NCBI GenBank assembly: GCA_965204735.1
Contig: OZ242008.1
Coordinates: 1,152,001 to 1,216,000 of the forward strand
DNA length: 64,000 nucleotides
Direction of reading: 5' to 3'
Source: Longimicrobiales bacterium
Lineage (GTDB): Bacteria; Gemmatimonadota; Gemmatimonadetes; Longimicrobiales; Gaopeijiaceae
The notes under the pieces are model-generated. The model saw only the letters and a list, made by a program, of their open reading frames with translations, was not told where the DNA came from and made no database searches. The translations under genes and the position numbers were made by a program. This document shows positions 1-18,091 of this stretch, piece after piece (position 1 is the stretch's first letter; each line of letters begins with the position of its first letter).

Positions 1-13
1 GAGCGGCTGACCC

Positions 14-535
14 GTGACCAGAGAGCAGAAGGAAACGTTCGTCGCCGAGTTCCAGGGCCGCCTTGACCAGGCGGAGGTTCTCTACCTCACGGACTTCACG
101 GGCTTGAACGTGAAGGCGATGACCACTCTTCGCCGCCGGCTCAAGGAAGCGGGCGCCGAGTACTTGGTGGTCAAGAACCGCTTGGTGAAGCGCGCCCTGG
201 GCGACGCGGCCGGGCCCGAGCTGACGAAGGTCCTGACGGGACCGACGGGGATCGTCTTCGGGAACGCCGGCGTTGCCGAGGCGGCACGCGCCGTCGCCGA
301 CTTCGCCAAGGAGAACGACAAGAAGCCGGTCTTCAAGGCGGGTCTGCTGGGAGACGCCTTCCTGGAACCGGAGAAGATCGCGAAGATCGCCACCCTTCCG
401 TCCCGAGAGGCGCTGCTCTCCGAGGTCGCGGGCGCCCTGGGCGGACCCTTGTCGGCCCTGGCCGCGGCCCTGGAGGCCAAGACCCAGGAGCTTGCGGGAG
501 TGGTGGAGGCCCTTCGGAGCGCGCGGGACGCGTAG
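14..535 (+). CDS. rplJ: 50S ribosomal protein L10
   Basis: VVKNRL, LTGPT and ATLPSRE motifs; GTG start; precedes rplL. Confidence 0.97.
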   Translation: MTREQKETFVAEFQGRLDQAEVLYLTDFTGLNVKAMTTLRRRLKEAGAEYLVVKNRLVKRALGDAAGPELTKVLTGPTGIVFGNAGVAEAARAVADFAKENDKKPVFKAGLLGDAFLEPEKIAKIATLPSREALLSEVAGALGGPLSALAAALEAKTQELAGVVEALRSARDA

Positions 536-598
536 CGCCGAGCAGAAGTCGACCAGAAGCACGCCCGCCGGCCGGGCAAACCCAACGGAGGAAACGAA

Positions 599-976
599 AT
601 GGCTGTGAATCAGCAGGAGCTTCTCGACACCATCGGAAGCATGACGGTCGTCGAGCTGTCCGAGTTCGTCGAGGCGTTCAAGGAGAAGTTCAACGTCACG
701 GCTGCAGCGGCGCCCGCAGCGATCGTCCCCGGCGCCGTAGGCGTCGCGGAGGAAGTCGTCGAGCAGACCGAGTTCGAGGTCGTCCTCGACAGCTTCGGCG
801 CCAAGAAGATCCAGGTCATCAAGGTGATTCGGGAGATCACCGGCCTTGGCCTGAAGGAGGCGAAGGAGATGGTCGACAAGGCTCCGAACACGGTCAAGGA
901 AGCCGTCGAGAAGGACGAGGCGGAAGAGATCAAGAGCAAGCTCGAAGCGGTTGGCGCCAGCGTGACCGTGAAGTAG
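599..976 (+). CDS. rplL: 50S ribosomal protein L7/L12
   Basis: [32 protein letters not shown]. Confidence 0.99.
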   Translation: MAVNQQELLDTIGSMTVVELSEFVEAFKEKFNVTAAAAPAAIVPGAVGVAEEVVEQTEFEVVLDSFGAKKIQVIKVIREITGLGLKEAKEMVDKAPNTVKEAVEKDEAEEIKSKLEAVGASVTVK

Positions 977-1210
977 TGCGCCGGCAGCGTCGCTGCCGGC
1001 CTGGAGCCGGAGCGGGGCCGTGCGCGGGACGGCGACGACGGGGAGTCGGGGCGACTCCCGGCCAGGAGCCTCCCCGCGTCGCGCTTCGCGTTCCTCCTTC
1101 CACGACGGAACCCTGTCGGCGCAGTCCCTGCGCGCCCCCGGTACTGTCCGCAACCGCCGTCCTGCGCTCCACGCGGGGGGCATCGCACACGAACAGAGGA
1201 GAGTTGCACT

Positions 1211-5563
<4,353 letters not shown>

Positions 5564-5568
5564 CCCAA

Positions 5569-8500
5569 ATGATCGACTTCCCCCGGGTGCGAGAGAACCG
5601 AGTCTCGGACTTCGACTACATCCAGATCCGGATCGCGTCGCCCGACAAGGTGCGGGAGTGGTCCCACGGCGAGGTCACCAAGCCCGAAACGATCAACTAC
5701 CGGTCGTACAAGCCCGAGCCCATGGGATTGTTCTGCCCGCGGATCTTCGGGCCGGTCAAGGACTGGGAGTGCGCCTGCGGCAAGTACAAGCGCATTCGCT
5801 TCCGAGGCATCGTCTGCGACCGATGCAACGTCGAGGTGACGCAGGCCAGGGTTCGACGGGAGCGGATGGGACACATCGAGCTCGCGGTGCCGATCTGCCA
5901 CATCTGGTTCTTCAAGACGCTGCCCAGCCAGCTGGGCTACCTCCTGGGGATGACCTTGAAGGACCTCGAAAAGGTCGTCTACTACGCGTCCCACGTGGTC
6001 ACCCACCCCGGCAAGCAGGAGATCGAGTACCTGGACCTCTTGGACGAGGACGACCACTACGACCTCCGCGTCAAGGCGCGGGATGAACGCGACGACAAGT
6101 TCAAGGCCGAGATCGGCGCCGACGCCGTGCGGACTCTCCTCAGGAAGCTGGACTCTCCCGAGGTCGAGGTCGGGCAGCGCAACAAGGACGGCAGGGGGCT
6201 CGACCGCTTGGCGGAGTGGCTCCGCAACGAGATCGCGACCGAGACCTCCCAGCACCGCAAGAAGAAGAAGCTGCGCCGCCTCAAGGTGGTCGACGCGCTG
6301 CGCAACTCCGGCGAGACGCCCGACAAGCGGAACCGGCCCGAGTGGCTGGTGCTGGACGTGATTCCGGTGATCCCGCCGGACCTCCGTCCCCTGGTGCCCC
6401 TGGACGGCGGGCGCTTCGCCACGTCGGACCTGAACGACCTCTACCGCCGGGTGATCAACCGCAACAACCGCCTCAAGAAGCTCATCGAGATGCGGGCGCC
6501 CGAAGTCATCCTGCGCAACGAGAAGCGGATGCTTCAGGAGTCGGTGGACGCCCTCTTCGACAACGGCCGGCGCGCCAAGGCGATCCGGGGCCGGGGCAAG
6601 CGCCCCCTGAAGTCGCTCTCCGACATGCTCAAGGGGAAGCAGGGCCGCTTCCGCCAGAACCTGCTGGGCAAGCGGGTGGACTACTCGGGCCGCTCGGTCA
6701 TCGTGGTGGGCCCCGAGCTGAAGCTCCACCAGTGCGGCCTCCCGAAGACGATGGCGGTAGAGCTCTTCAAGCCCTTCATCATCCACGAGCTGGAGCGTCG
6801 GGGCGAAGCCGAGACCGTCAAGAAGGCCAAGAAGCTGGTGGAGGACAACGACCCCAAGGTCTACGGGGTGCTCGAGGACATCATCCGGGACCACCCCGTG
6901 CTGCTCAACCGGGCCCCCACCCTCCACCGGATCGGGATCCAGGGCTTCGAGCCCGTGCTGGTCGAAGGCAAGGCGATCCGCATCCACCCCCTCGTCTGCT
7001 CGGCCTTCAACGCGGACTTCGACGGAGACCAGATGGCGGTCCACCTGCCCCTCTCCTTCGAAGCCCAGCTGGAGGCGCGAGTGCTCATGCTCTCCAGCAA
7101 CAACGTCCTGCTGCCCTCCAACGGGCGCCCGGTGACGTCGCCGACCCAGGACATGGTCGTCGGTTCCTACTACCTGACGAAGCCCCCTCTCGAGATCGCC
7201 GAGCTGGAGCACCAGCGCTCCCACGGGGGCGCGCCCGACGAATCCCGCGAGGCGGCGGCCCGCCAGCTGGACGAGCGCTACCGGGACGCGCCCCGCTTCG
7301 CCAACTGGGGCGAAGTCGAGGTGGCCCTTCTGCAGGAGCGCGCGAAGTTCCGCACCCCGTGCTGGTACTGGGTCGCCGAGGGGAGCGCCTCCGAAGACCC
7401 GGCCGCGGTGCGCAGCGCCGGCTGGGTCCGGACGACCGCCGGGCGCGTGCTCTTCAACTCGATCGTTCCCGAACCGATCGGCTTCCTCAACAAGACCTTC
7501 GGGAAGAAGGAGCTGGGCGACCTGGTGTTCCAGTGCTTCACCGACGCGGGCTCGGCGGCCACCGTCCGCTTCCTGGACCACCTGAAGGACTTCGGCTTCC
7601 GGTACGCCACCTTGGGCGGCATCTCCGTGGGCGTCGACGATCTGGAGGTTCCGCCCCAGAAGGCCGAGATCCTCCGAGAGACTGCCGACAGCGCGCGCGA
7701 CTGGCAGGAGAAGTACGCCGCCGGCCACATCTCGAACGGCGAGCGCTACAACAAGATCATCGACCTCTGGACCCACGCCAACAACGACGTGGCCGACGCC
7801 ATGGTGCGGCACCTGGAGCAGTCGAAGGGCGGGTTCAACCCGGTCTTCATGATGATGATCTCCGGGGCGCGGGGAAACCGGGACCAGATGCGGCAGCTCG
7901 CCGGGATGCGGGGACTCATGGCCAAGCCCCAGAAGAAGCTGACCGGCAGGATCGGCGAGATCATCGAGAGTCCGATCCGGTCCAACTTCCGCGAGGGCCT
8001 CACCGTGGTGGAGTACTTCATCTCCACCCACGGGGCTCGGAAGGGCTTGGCCGACACGGCGCTGAAGACCGCCGACGCCGGCTACCTGACGCGACGCCTG
8101 GTGGACGTGGCCCAGGACGTGACGATCGCCGAGGAGGACTGCGGCGCGATTCTGGGCTCGGAGATCAGCGCCCTCAAGGAAGGAGAAGACATCATCGAGC
8201 CTCTTGCCGACCGGATCGCCGGCAACGTGGCCTTCGAGGACGTCTACGACCCGATCAGCGGCGAGCTGATCCTCACGGCCAACAAGCTGATCGACGAAGA
8301 CGCGGCAACGGCGATCGAGGACGCGGGGATCCAGAAGGTCAAGATCCGCTCCGTCCTCACCTGCGAGAGCAAGCAGGGGATATGCCGCCAGTGCTACGGA
8401 CGGAACTTGGCCACGATGGGTCCCGTGGACATCGGCGAGGCCGTCGGGATCCTGGCGGCCCAGTCGATCGGCGAGCCGGGCACCCAGCTGACGCTGCGCA

Positions 8501-10053
8501 CCTTCCACATCGGCGGCACGGCCGCCCGCATCGCGGCGCAGAGCCAGAGGACGTCCAAGATCGCCGGGCTGGTCGGGCTGGAGCGGGTCGCCTGGGTCAC
8601 GGACCGTCAGGGCGCCAGGATCGTGACCTCGCGAGAGGGGAAGATCCTGATCAAGACGCGCAACGGCCAGATCCGCAGCCAGCTGTCCGTCCCCTACGGC
8701 GCGGCGATCGCCGTGGAGGAAGGCGGCATGATCAAGGCGGGAGACGTGCTCTTCAGCTGGGATCCCTACTCCGAGCCCATCGTCGCCGACGTGCAGGGCG
8801 CCCTGGTGTTCCGGGACATCGTCGAGGAACAGACCGTCAGGGAGGAGTACGACGAGTCCACGGGGCGCCGGCAGAAGGCGATCATCGAGGACCGGGACAA
8901 GAAGCTCCACCCCCGGATCCAGATCTGGGCTCCCGACAAGGGCAAGTCGGGCGACGACTACGGCTTCGTCGCCAAGGAGTTCATCATCCCGGTGGGCGCC
9001 CAGCTGCTGCTCGCCGACGGCGCCCAGGTCCAGCCCGGCGACAAGATCGCCAAGATCAGCCGGGAGGTGTACAAGACCCGGGACATCACCGGCGGCCTGC
9101 CTCGGGTGGCGGAGCTCTTCGAGGCCCGCCAGCCCAAGGACCCGGCCGTGATTACCGAGATCGACGGCACGGTGTCCTTCGGCGACATCAAGCGCGGAAA
9201 GCGGTCGGTCGAGGTCACGCCGCGGCCCCGAGAGAAGCGGGTGTACCGCGCGTCGGCCGGCGGCGCCCCGGTGAAGAAGCGGACCTACGAGATACCGGTG
9301 GGCAAGCACCTGCGCGTCCATCAGGGAGACGAGGTGCGGGCGGGCGACCGCCTGTCGGAAGGACCGAAAAACCCCCACGACATCCTGCGCATCAGCGGGC
9401 TCCAGGCCGTCCAGGAGTACCTCCGCGACAATATCCAGGAGGTCTACCGCCTTCAGGGCGTGAAGATCAACGACAAGCACATCGGCGTGATCGTGCGCCA
9501 GATGCTTCAGAAGGTTCGGGTCGTGGATCCGGGCGACACCCTCCTGCTCGAGGGCGACCACGTGGACCGCACCGAGCTGCGCAGGTTGAACGAGGAGGTT
9601 CGCCGGCGCAACGAGCTCGCCCTGGCCGAAGGCCGGAAGCCGGAGCGGGCCGCCACGGTCGAGTCGGTCCTGCTGGGCATCACGAAGGCGAGCCTCACCA
9701 CCAAGTCCTTCGTGTCCGCCGCCTCCTTCCAGGAAACGACCCGAGTCCTCACCGACGCCGCCGTTCGGGGCGCCAAGGACGACCTGAAGGGGCTCAAGGA
9801 GAACATCATCATCGGTCACCTCGTGCCCGCGGGAACCGGCGTGCACCGGTGGCACGACGTGGAGTTCGCAGTGGACGACCAGTCGTTCTACGACGAGGAG
9901 ATCCTTCCCCTCACGGCTCCCGGAGAGATTCTGCCGGGTCTCGGGGAAGACCCCCTGGAGCTGCCGAAGGAGCCCTGGACGGAAGCGCAGTCGGAGGGGC
10001 CCCAGGAGGAAGCGGCGGCGACGGCGGAGGAGCTGGCGACGAAGGCGGAGTGA
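5569..10053 (+). CDS. rpoC: RNA polymerase beta' subunit
   Basis: ATG 5 nt after rpoB stop; Zn finger CACGKYK..CDRC; catalytic [15 protein letters not shown]. Confidence 0.99.
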   Translation: MIDFPRVRENRVSDFDYIQIRIASPDKVREWSHGEVTKPETINYRSYKPEPMGLFCPRIFGPVKDWECACGKYKRIRFRGIVCDRCNVEVTQARVRRERMGHIELAVPICHIWFFKTLPSQLGYLLGMTLKDLEKVVYYASHVVTHPGKQEIEYLDLLDEDDHYDLRVKARDERDDKFKAEIGADAVRTLLRKLDSPEVEVGQRNKDGRGLDRLAEWLRNEIATETSQHRKKKKLRRLKVVDALRNSGETPDKRNRPEWLVLDVIPVIPPDLRPLVPLDGGRFATSDLNDLYRRVINRNNRLKKLIEMRAPEVILRNEKRMLQESVDALFDNGRRAKAIRGRGKRPLKSLSDMLKGKQGRFRQNLLGKRVDYSGRSVIVVGPELKLHQCGLPKTMAVELFKPFIIHELERRGEAETVKKAKKLVEDNDPKVYGVLEDIIRDHPVLLNRAPTLHRIGIQGFEPVLVEGKAIRIHPLVCSAFNADFDGDQMAVHLPLSFEAQLEARVLMLSSNNVLLPSNGRPVTSPTQDMVVGSYYLTKPPLEIAELEHQRSHGGAPDESREAAARQLDERYRDAPRFANWGEVEVALLQERAKFRTPCWYWVAEGSASEDPAAVRSAGWVRTTAGRVLFNSIVPEPIGFLNKTFGKKELGDLVFQCFTDAGSAATVRFLDHLKDFGFRYATLGGISVGVDDLEVPPQKAEILRETADSARDWQEKYAAGHISNGERYNKIIDLWTHANNDVADAMVRHLEQSKGGFNPVFMMMISGARGNRDQMRQLAGMRGLMAKPQKKLTGRIGEIIESPIRSNFREGLTVVEYFISTHGARKGLADTALKTADAGYLTRRLVDVAQDVTIAEEDCGAILGSEISALKEGEDIIEPLADRIAGNVAFEDVYDPISGELILTANKLIDEDAATAIEDAGIQKVKIRSVLTCESKQGICRQCYGRNLATMGPVDIGEAVGILAAQSIGEPGTQLTLRTFHIGGTAARIAAQSQRTSKIAGLVGLERVAWVTDRQGARIVTSREGKILIKTRNGQIRSQLSVPYGAAIAVEEGGMIKAGDVLFSWDPYSEPIVADVQGALVFRDIVEEQTVREEYDESTGRRQKAIIEDRDKKLHPRIQIWAPDKGKSGDDYGFVAKEFIIPVGAQLLLADGAQVQPGDKIAKISREVYKTRDITGGLPRVAELFEARQPKDPAVITEIDGTVSFGDIKRGKRSVEVTPRPREKRVYRASAGGAPVKKRTYEIPVGKHLRVHQGDEVRAGDRLSEGPKNPHDILRISGLQAVQEYLRDNIQEVYRLQGVKINDKHIGVIVRQMLQKVRVVDPGDTLLLEGDHVDRTELRRLNEEVRRRNELALAEGRKPERAATVESVLLGITKASLTTKSFVSAASFQETTRVLTDAAVRGAKDDLKGLKENIIIGHLVPAGTGVHRWHDVEFAVDDQSFYDEEILPLTAPGEILPGLGEDPLELPKEPWTEAQSEGPQEEAAATAEELATKAE

Positions 10054-10115
10054 CGAGGCGGGCGGTCCGGCGCCCCCAAGGAAGCGCCGGAACCGCCCCG
10101 GCGACGCTCCACGTA

Positions 10116-10144
10116 TTGACGCCTTCCCTGGATGGGTCTACGTT
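10116..10144 (+). promoter_or_regulatory. sigma70-type promoter of the str operon
   Basis: TTGACG-17 nt-TACGTT between rpoC and rpsL. Confidence 0.7.
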
Positions 10145-10295
10145 TTCTGGTCTGTCCAGGAAATTCCCCGAAGGGAGTCTCCCGGACGCCGGGCGCGCTT
10201 GGCCCCCCAAGCGCGCCTTTGTTCGCCCCGAGGGCGCGCCGGACTCGCCCACGAGACACGAGACGCGGGTCACCGACGAGAACGGGTTCCACTTC

Positions 10296-10667
10296 ATGCC
10301 GACGGTAAACCAACTGGTGCGGAAGGGCCGCGAGCGACTGGTCAAGAAGAACAAGTCGCCCGCGCTCCAGAGCAACCCCCAGAAGCGGGGGGTCTGCACC
10401 CGCGTGTACACCACGACTCCGAAGAAGCCGAACTCGGCGCTGCGGAAGGTTGCCCGGGTCCGGCTCACCAACGGGTACGAGGTCACGGCCTACATCGGCG
10501 GCGAGGGACACAACCTTCAGGAGCACTCGATCGTCCTGATCCGAGGCGGGCGAGTGAAGGACCTGCCCGGCGTGCGCTACCACATCGTCCGGGGGACGCT
10601 CGACACCTCCGGGGTGGACGGCCGCAAGCAGGGGCGATCCAAGTACGGAGCGAAGCGGCCCAAGTAG
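10296..10667 (+). CDS. rpsL: 30S ribosomal protein S12
   Basis: [26 protein letters not shown]. Confidence 0.99.
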   Translation: MPTVNQLVRKGRERLVKKNKSPALQSNPQKRGVCTRVYTTTPKKPNSALRKVARVRLTNGYEVTAYIGGEGHNLQEHSIVLIRGGRVKDLPGVRYHIVRGTLDTSGVDGRKQGRSKYGAKRPK

Positions 10668-10700
10668 GCCGCCGAAGGGAAGCCCAGGAGTGCAAGCCCG

Positions 10701-11171
10701 ATGAGCCGTCGTTCCAGAGCGATTCGCCGACAGGTGCCCGAGGACCCCCGCTTCGGCTCCCAGGTCGTCCAGAAGTTCGTGAACGGCCTGATGAAGGACG
10801 GGAAGAAGTCCTTGGCCGAGCGGATCTTCTACGAGGCGATGGAGATCGTGGAGCAGAAGTCGGACGAGGCGCCCGTCGCGGTCTTCGAGCAGGCCCTCTC
10901 GAACGCCAAGCCGGCGCTCGAGGTGAAGAGCCGGCGGGTCGGCGGCGCCACCTATCAGGTCCCCATCGAGGTTCGGCCGGAGAGGCGCCAGGCCCTGGCG
11001 ATCAAGTGGCTGATCGGCTTCGCCCGGGACCGGGGCGAGCGAACGATGGCCCAGCGCTTGGCCGCCGAGGTGCTCGCCGCCAGCCGAGGCGAGGGCGCGA
11101 CCGTCAAGAAGAAGGACGACACCCACCGGATGGCCGAGGCCAACAAGGCCTTCGCCCACTACCGCTGGTAG
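10701..11171 (+). CDS. rpsG: 30S ribosomal protein S7
   Basis: [25 protein letters not shown]. Confidence 0.99.
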   Translation: MSRRSRAIRRQVPEDPRFGSQVVQKFVNGLMKDGKKSLAERIFYEAMEIVEQKSDEAPVAVFEQALSNAKPALEVKSRRVGGATYQVPIEVRPERRQALAIKWLIGFARDRGERTMAQRLAAEVLAASRGEGATVKKKDDTHRMAEANKAFAHYRW

Positions 11172-11196
11172 CCCGAGACGCCGCGAGACGACGCAG

Positions 11197-13296
11197 ATGC
11201 CCAGAGCGACGCCGCTTTCGCGGCTCCGGAACATCGGGATCATGGCCCACATCGATGCCGGCAAGACCACCACCACGGAGCGCATCCTCTTCTACACGGG
11301 CCGGCTGCACCGCATGGGCGAGGTTCACGAGGGCGCGGCGGCCATGGACTGGATGGAGCAGGAGCAGGAGCGGGGGATCACCATCACCTCCGCGGCCACG
11401 ACGGCCTACTGGAAGCGCAACGGCGCCGAGTGCCGGATCAACATCATCGACACGCCGGGCCACGTGGACTTCACGGCCGAGGTGGAGCGCTCCCTGCGGG
11501 TGCTGGACGGAGCGGTCGCCGTGTTCTGCGCAGTAGGGGGCGTCGAGCCCCAGTCCGAGACCGTTTGGCGCCAGGCGGACCGCTACGGCGTCCCCCGAAT
11601 CGCCTTCGTCAACAAGATGGACCGGACCGGGGCGGACTTCGAGAAGGTGGTCGAGACGATGCGCAGCCGACTGGGCGCCAACGCCTTCGCGGTCCAGTAC
11701 CCTCTGGGCGAGGCGGACCTCTTCACCGGCGTGATCGACGTCGTCGCCATGAAGGCGTTCGTGTGGGAGGACGACCTGGGCTCCCGGGTCGCCGAGGTCG
11801 GGGTTCCCGATTCCTTGCGGGAGAAGGTCGAGGAGATGCGCCGCCAGCTGGTGGAGGCGGCCGTGGAGCACAACGACGAGCTCCTCGAGAAGTATCTGGA
11901 AGGAGACGAGCTGTCGGAGGACGAGGTGCGGCTCGCCATCCGCTCCGCCACCCGCACGGGCACGCTCTTCCCCGTGTTCTGCGGATCGGCCTTCAAGAAC
12001 AAGGGGGTGCAGCGGCTGCTGGACGGCGTCGCCGACTACTTGCCGTCGCCGGCAGACGTGCCCGCGATCGTCGGGCGCCTGCCTCACGGCGACGGGCGGC
12101 GGGAGGTGCGGGCAGCCTCCGACGACGCCCCCTTCGCCGCGCTCGCGTTCAAGATCGTGACCGACCCGTTCGTGGGAAGGCTGACCTACGTCCGGGTCTA
12201 CTCGGGCTCGCTTCCCAGGGGCAGCCGCTTGCTCAACGCAACGCGCTCCCGACGGGAAAGGGCCGGGCGCCTCCTTCAGATGCACGCCAACAAGCGGGAG
12301 GAACGGGACGAGGTGTACGCCGGCGACATCGCCGCGGTGATCGGCCTGAAGGCCGTGCGCACGGGCGACACGCTGTGCCACCCGGACCACCCGGTGATCC
12401 TCGAGGCGATGGAGTTTCCCGAGCCCGTGATCTCGGTGGCGATCGAGCCCAAGACCAAGGCCGACGAGGACAAGCTGAACAAGGGGCTCGCCAAGCTTGC
12501 GGAGGAAGACCCCACGTTCCGAGTGTTCGCCGACCCCGAGACGGGCCAGACGATCATCAGCGGGATGGGCGAGCTCCACTTGGAGATCATCGTCGACCGG
12601 CTCCGCCGGGAGTTCTCCGTGGGCGCCAACGTGGGCCGTCCCCAAGTGGCCTATCGGGAGACGATCCGAAAGGCCGCCGCAAAGGTGGAGGGCCGCTTCG
12701 TCCGCCAGACCGGCGGGCGCGGCCAGTACGGCCACGTGGTGGTGAACATCGAACCCGGGAAGGCCGGCTCCGGGTTCGTGTTCGAGGACCGCGTCAAGAA
12801 CGGCGTCGTGCCTCGCGAGTACATTCCCGCGGTGGAACGGGGCCTGCGATCCGCACTCGACTCCGGGGTGGTGGCCGGCTACCCCATCGTGGACCTGAAG
12901 GTCGCCCTGGTGGACGGCTCTTCCCACGACGTGGACTCCAGCGAGATGGCGTTCCGCGTGGCCGGTTCGATGGCGTTGAGGGAAGGCGTCAGGCGCGCCG
13001 GGCCCGTCCTGCTGGAGCCCGTCATGGACGTGGAAGTGGTGACGCCCCACGAGTACATGGGCGATCTCATCGGCGACTTGTCGTCGCGCCGGGGCAAGAT
13101 CGGCGGGATGACCGACCGGGGCGACGCCCAGGTCATCGGCGCCAGCGTCCCGCTGGGGGAGATGTTCGGCTACTCGACGAGGCTGCGTTCCTTGAGCCAG
13201 GGACGCGCGGTCTTCACCATGCAGTTCTCGCATTATCAGGAAGTGGCCGCCGGCCGGGCGGAAGAGATCGTCCAGGCGGGAGCTTGGCGGTCCTGA
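11197..13296 (+). CDS. fusA: elongation factor G
   Basis: [30 protein letters not shown]. Confidence 0.99.
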   Translation: MPRATPLSRLRNIGIMAHIDAGKTTTTERILFYTGRLHRMGEVHEGAAAMDWMEQEQERGITITSAATTAYWKRNGAECRINIIDTPGHVDFTAEVERSLRVLDGAVAVFCAVGGVEPQSETVWRQADRYGVPRIAFVNKMDRTGADFEKVVETMRSRLGANAFAVQYPLGEADLFTGVIDVVAMKAFVWEDDLGSRVAEVGVPDSLREKVEEMRRQLVEAAVEHNDELLEKYLEGDELSEDEVRLAIRSATRTGTLFPVFCGSAFKNKGVQRLLDGVADYLPSPADVPAIVGRLPHGDGRREVRAASDDAPFAALAFKIVTDPFVGRLTYVRVYSGSLPRGSRLLNATRSRRERAGRLLQMHANKREERDEVYAGDIAAVIGLKAVRTGDTLCHPDHPVILEAMEFPEPVISVAIEPKTKADEDKLNKGLAKLAEEDPTFRVFADPETGQTIISGMGELHLEIIVDRLRREFSVGANVGRPQVAYRETIRKAAAKVEGRFVRQTGGRGQYGHVVVNIEPGKAGSGFVFEDRVKNGVVPREYIPAVERGLRSALDSGVVAGYPIVDLKVALVDGSSHDVDSSEMAFRVAGSMALREGVRRAGPVLLEPVMDVEVVTPHEYMGDLIGDLSSRRGKIGGMTDRGDAQVIGASVPLGEMFGYSTRLRSLSQGRAVFTMQFSHYQEVAAGRAEEIVQAGAWRS

Positions 13297-13323
13297 CCAA
13301 GGAACCCAGAGGGGAAGGAAGAA

Positions 13324-14514
<1,191 letters not shown>

Positions 14515-14530
14515 CGGAGCGGGCAGAGGA

Positions 14531-14839
14531 ATGACCAACAGGATCCGGATTCGACTGAAGGCCTTCGACCACTGGGTGGTGGACCAGACGGCCGCGGACA
14601 TCGTGCGCACCGCCCAGAAGACCGGCGCCACGATCGCGGGACCGATCCCCCTGCCCACCCGTCGCCAGCGTTGGACCGTGCTTCGCTCGCCTCACATCGA
14701 CAAGAAGAGCCGGGAGCAGTTCGAGCTGAGGACCCACAAGCGCCTGATCGACATCGTGGAGAGCCGCCCCCAGACCATCGACGCCCTCACCAAGCTGGAC
14801 CTGCCTGCGGGCGTCGACGTCGAGATCAAGGTGGACTGA
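14531..14839 (+). CDS. rpsJ: 30S ribosomal protein S10
   Basis: [22 protein letters not shown]. Confidence 0.99.
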   Translation: MTNRIRIRLKAFDHWVVDQTAADIVRTAQKTGATIAGPIPLPTRRQRWTVLRSPHIDKKSREQFELRTHKRLIDIVESRPQTIDALTKLDLPAGVDVEIKVD

Positions 14840-14841
14840 CG

Positions 14842-15459
14842 ATGCCCGGACTCATCGGCAAGAAGGTGGGAATGACCCGCATCTTCACCGAAGAGGGCCG
14901 CTCCGTGCCCGTGACGGTGCTGGAAGCCGGCCCGTGTTCGGTCCTCCAGGTCAAGGACGGCGAGCCCGACGGCTACAGCGCCGTTCAGGTCGGCTTCGGC
15001 GCGAAGAAGCCCAAGCGCAGCAGCAAGGCGGAGCTCGGCCACGCCGCGAAGGCGGGACTGGACGCCGCGCCCCGGCTGGTTCGGGAGTTCGAGCCCGGCG
15101 AGGGCGAAGAGTACGCCGCCGGCCAGGAACTGACGGTCGGGCTCTTCAAGTCGGGGGAGCGGGTGCGGGTGACCGGCGTCACCAAGGGCAGGGGCTTTCA
15201 GGGCGCGGTGAAGCGCCACGGCTTCAGCGGCAGGCCGAGCTCCCACGGGCACCCCATGTCCCGCAATCCGGGGTCCATGGGGGCCGGCACCGACCCGTCC
15301 CGCGTGATCAAGGGGAAGAAGCTCCCCGGGCGCATGGGCGGCACAAGAAAGACGATCCGGAACGTGCAGGTGGTCCGGGTCGATTCGGAGCGGAACCTCC
15401 TGTTCGTGCGCGGCGGGGTTCCCGGCGGCCGAAACGGCTACGTCCTGATCCGGCGGTAG
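14842..15459 (+). CDS. rplC: 50S ribosomal protein L3
   Basis: [14 protein letters not shown]; gene order. Confidence 0.98.
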   Translation: MPGLIGKKVGMTRIFTEEGRSVPVTVLEAGPCSVLQVKDGEPDGYSAVQVGFGAKKPKRSSKAELGHAAKAGLDAAPRLVREFEPGEGEEYAAGQELTVGLFKSGERVRVTGVTKGRGFQGAVKRHGFSGRPSSHGHPMSRNPGSMGAGTDPSRVIKGKKLPGRMGGTRKTIRNVQVVRVDSERNLLFVRGGVPGGRNGYVLIRR

Positions 15460-15464
15460 GACCA

Positions 15465-16253
15465 ATGTATCGAGCCCCATACTTCAAGTCGGACGGCTCT
15501 TCCGGAGACGAAGCGATCCTCCCGGAGGCGTTCTTCGACGGCGTGGTGAACGAGACCGTCCTGCACCAGGTCGTCGCCGCCTGCATGGCCAACCAGCGCC
15601 AGGGCACGGTCGCCAGGAAGAACCGGAGCGCCGTGGCCGGCGGCAGCCGCAAGCCCTGGCGGCAGAAGGGCACGGGCCGTGCCCGGCAGGGAACGATCCG
15701 GGCCGTCCAGTGGCGAGGCGGCGGACTTGCGTTTCCCCCGTCGCCGAAGTCGTGGCGGGTTCGCGTCCCCAAGCGGGTTCGCGCCCTGGCACGTCGTTCG
15801 GCCTACAACAGTCGGGCCGAGGCCGGTCGCGTCGCCGTCATCGAGGGCTTCGACTTCAGCGTTCCCAGGACGCGCCGACTCGTGGAGCTGCTCGACCGGA
15901 TCGACATGCCCGGCAAGGCGCTGCTGCTTACCCACGGCGTGAACCGGGCGCTCCATCTGTCGGGCCGCAACCTGCCCGGCGTGAAGGTGCTGCCCTTCGG
16001 CGACGAGTCGCCTTACGACTTGATCTGGTCCGGCACGGTGATCATCGAGGAGGCGGCCCTGGCCGAAGCGGCCGCGGCCGCACCGGCTCGCGAAGGCGTC
16101 CCAACTCCCGAAGCGGCCGCCCCAGCTCCCGAAGAGGCTGCCCCGGCCCCCGAAGAGGCTGCCCCGGCCCCCGAAGAGGCTGCCCCGGCCCCCGAAGGCG
16201 ACGCCCCAGCTCCCGAAGAGGACGCCCCGGTGCCGGAGAGGAGCGAGCAGTGA
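15465..16253 (+). CDS. rplD: 50S ribosomal protein L4 with repeat C-terminal tail
   Basis: [14 protein letters not shown]; gene order. Confidence 0.98.
   Translation: MYRAPYFKSDGSSGDEAILPEAFFDGVVNETVLHQVVAACMANQRQGTVARKNRSAVAGGSRKPWRQKGTGRARQGTIRAVQWRGGGLAFPPSPKSWRVRVPKRVRALARRSAYNSRAEAGRVAVIEGFDFSVPRTRRLVELLDRIDMPGKALLLTHGVNRALHLSGRNLPGVKVLPFGDESPYDLIWSGTVIIEEAALAEAAAAAPAREGVPTPEAAAPAPEEAAPAPEEAAPAPEEAAPAPEGDAPAPEEDAPVPERSEQ
16107..16232 (+). repeat. 6 x 21-bp coding tandem repeat (PEEAAPA) in rplD
   Basis: Consensus CCCGAAGAGGCTGCCCCGGCC; units 2-4 identical, units 1, 5 and 6 diverged. Confidence 0.95.
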
Positions 16254-16561
16254 TGCGCGAACCCTACGATGTCATCGCCTTCCCTGTCGTGACCGAGAAG
16301 ACCACGGCCCAGATGGAACGGCACCTGTACACCTTCGTGGTGAACCCCCGGGCCAACAAGCACGAGATCGCCCGGGCGGTGGAGTCCCTGTGGGACGTGA
16401 AGGTCCTCGCAGTGCGGACCATGCGCTACGCCGGCAAGGCCAAGCGCGCGCTCCTCGGGCGGATGGCCAAGAACTGGACCCCGGGCCATCGGCCCAACTT
16501 CAAGAAGGCCGTGGTCCAGCTGGCCGAGGGCGACGTGATCGAGTTCTACGAAACGGGTTGA
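16253..16561 (+). CDS. rplW: 50S ribosomal protein L23
   Basis: PVVTEK, ANKHEI, KKAVVQL. Confidence 0.96.
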   Translation: MREPYDVIAFPVVTEKTTAQMERHLYTFVVNPRANKHEIARAVESLWDVKVLAVRTMRYAGKAKRALLGRMAKNWTPGHRPNFKKAVVQLAEGDVIEFYETG

Positions 16562-16565
16562 TGCC

Positions 16566-17405
16566 ATGGCGCTGAAGAAGTTCAAGCCCGTGACCCCCGG
16601 GAGCCGCTTCCGGTCGATCACGGCCAAGGAAGCGGTGACGCGGAAGGGACCGGAGAAATCCCTCACGGCGCCGCTCAAGAAGACGGGCGGCCGCAACCAC
16701 CACGGGCACATCACGGTGCGGCGGCGGGGCGGCGGCAACAAGCGCCGCTATCGCAAGATCGACTTCCGGCGCGACAAGCACGGCGTTCCCGGACGCGTCG
16801 CCGAGATCGAGTACGACCCCAACCGCTCCGCCTTCATCGCCCTCGTCCACTACGAAGACGGCGAGAAGCGCTACGTCCTCCATGTGCGTGGCATGGCTCA
16901 GGGCGACGTGGTGGAATCGGGCCCCGATGCGGACATCCGCCGAGGGAACGCGCTGCCGCTGGGGCGGGTGCCCCTGGGGACCGTCGTTCACAACGTCGAG
17001 ATGAAGCCGGGAAAGGGCGGCCAGATGGCCCGCTCCGCCGGCGCCGGCGTCCAGGTGGTGGCCAAGGAGGGCGACTACGTGACCCTGCGGCTTCCCTCCA
17101 CCGAGGTTCGGCGCGTCCACAAGCGCTGCTACGCCACGATCGGCCAAGTCGGCAACGCGGACCACAACCTGCGGAGCCTTGGCAAGGCCGGCGCGAGTCG
17201 CTGGCGCGGACGGCGCCCCAAGGTTCGGGGCGTGGCGATGAACCCTGTCGACCACCCCCTGGGCGGCGGCGAGGGCAAGGCCTCGGGGGGGCGTCCGCCG
17301 GTCACGCCGTGGGGCAAGCCGGAAGGGACGAAGACGCGCAAGAAGCGGAAGGCGTCCAGCAAGTTCATCGTTCGAGGACGCAAGCGCGGCAAGGCCACGC
17401 GCTGA
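16566..17405 (+). CDS. rplB: 50S ribosomal protein L2
   Basis: [25 protein letters not shown]. Confidence 0.99.
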   Translation: MALKKFKPVTPGSRFRSITAKEAVTRKGPEKSLTAPLKKTGGRNHHGHITVRRRGGGNKRRYRKIDFRRDKHGVPGRVAEIEYDPNRSAFIALVHYEDGEKRYVLHVRGMAQGDVVESGPDADIRRGNALPLGRVPLGTVVHNVEMKPGKGGQMARSAGAGVQVVAKEGDYVTLRLPSTEVRRVHKRCYATIGQVGNADHNLRSLGKAGASRWRGRRPKVRGVAMNPVDHPLGGGEGKASGGRPPVTPWGKPEGTKTRKKRKASSKFIVRGRKRGKATR

Positions 17406-17439
17406 TCACCGAAACCAAGGAAGAACCGAGTCGAGCACG

Positions 17440-17724
17440 ATGCCGCGAAGCTTGAAGAAGGGTCCCTTCATCGACGAGAAGCTCCTCCGCAAGGTGGAGG
17501 CGATGAACGCCAGCAACATCAGGTCCGTGATCCGAACATGGTCCAGGGCGTCCACCATCTCGCCGGAGTTCGTGGGCCACACGATCGGAGTCCACAACGG
17601 CAACAAGTTCATCCCGGTGTACGTCACCGAAAACATGGTTGGCCACAAGCTCGGCGAGTTCGCCCCGACGCGCCTCTTCCGGGGCCATGGCGGCAAGCTG
17701 GCCGACAAGCGGGCGCGGAGGTAG
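17440..17724 (+). CDS. rpsS: 30S ribosomal protein S19
   Basis: [19 protein letters not shown]. Confidence 0.99.
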   Translation: MPRSLKKGPFIDEKLLRKVEAMNASNIRSVIRTWSRASTISPEFVGHTIGVHNGNKFIPVYVTENMVGHKLGEFAPTRLFRGHGGKLADKRARR

Positions 17725-17736
17725 GGGGAAGTCGAC

Positions 17737-18087
17737 ATGGAAGCCGTCGCCGTCGCCAAGCAGGTGAGGATGAGTCCCCGGAAGGTTCGGCTGGTGGTCG
17801 ACCAGATCCGGGGACTTTCGGTTGCCGAGGCCTCGTCCCTTCTCGACTTCTCCGCGAAGGCGGCCGCGGTTCCCGTCCGGAAGACGCTCCGCTCCGCCGT
17901 CGCCAACGCCGAAGACCGGGCGGACCGGGACGGCGACGAGATGGACGTGGACGACTTGGTGGTGAGCCGCGCCTTCGTGGACGAGGGCCCCACGTACAAG
18001 CGCTGGAAGGCCGCGGCCCAAGGACGGGCCGTGCCCCGCCGACGCCGCACAAGCCACATCACGGTGGCAGTGAGCCTCAAGGAGTAG
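17737..18087 (+). CDS. rplV: 50S ribosomal protein L22
   Basis: [21 protein letters not shown]. Confidence 0.98.
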   Translation: MEAVAVAKQVRMSPRKVRLVVDQIRGLSVAEASSLLDFSAKAAAVPVRKTLRSAVANAEDRADRDGDEMDVDDLVVSRAFVDEGPTYKRWKAAAQGRAVPRRRRTSHITVAVSLKE

Positions 18088-18091
18088 CGGC

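Noticed and set aside
977..1210. tRNA in the structured rplL-rpoB spacer
   Set aside because: No T-loop (GTTCRA) or cloverleaf with the correct spacing
16107..16232. CRISPR-like repeat
   Set aside because: No spacers, in-frame coding repeat, no cas genes
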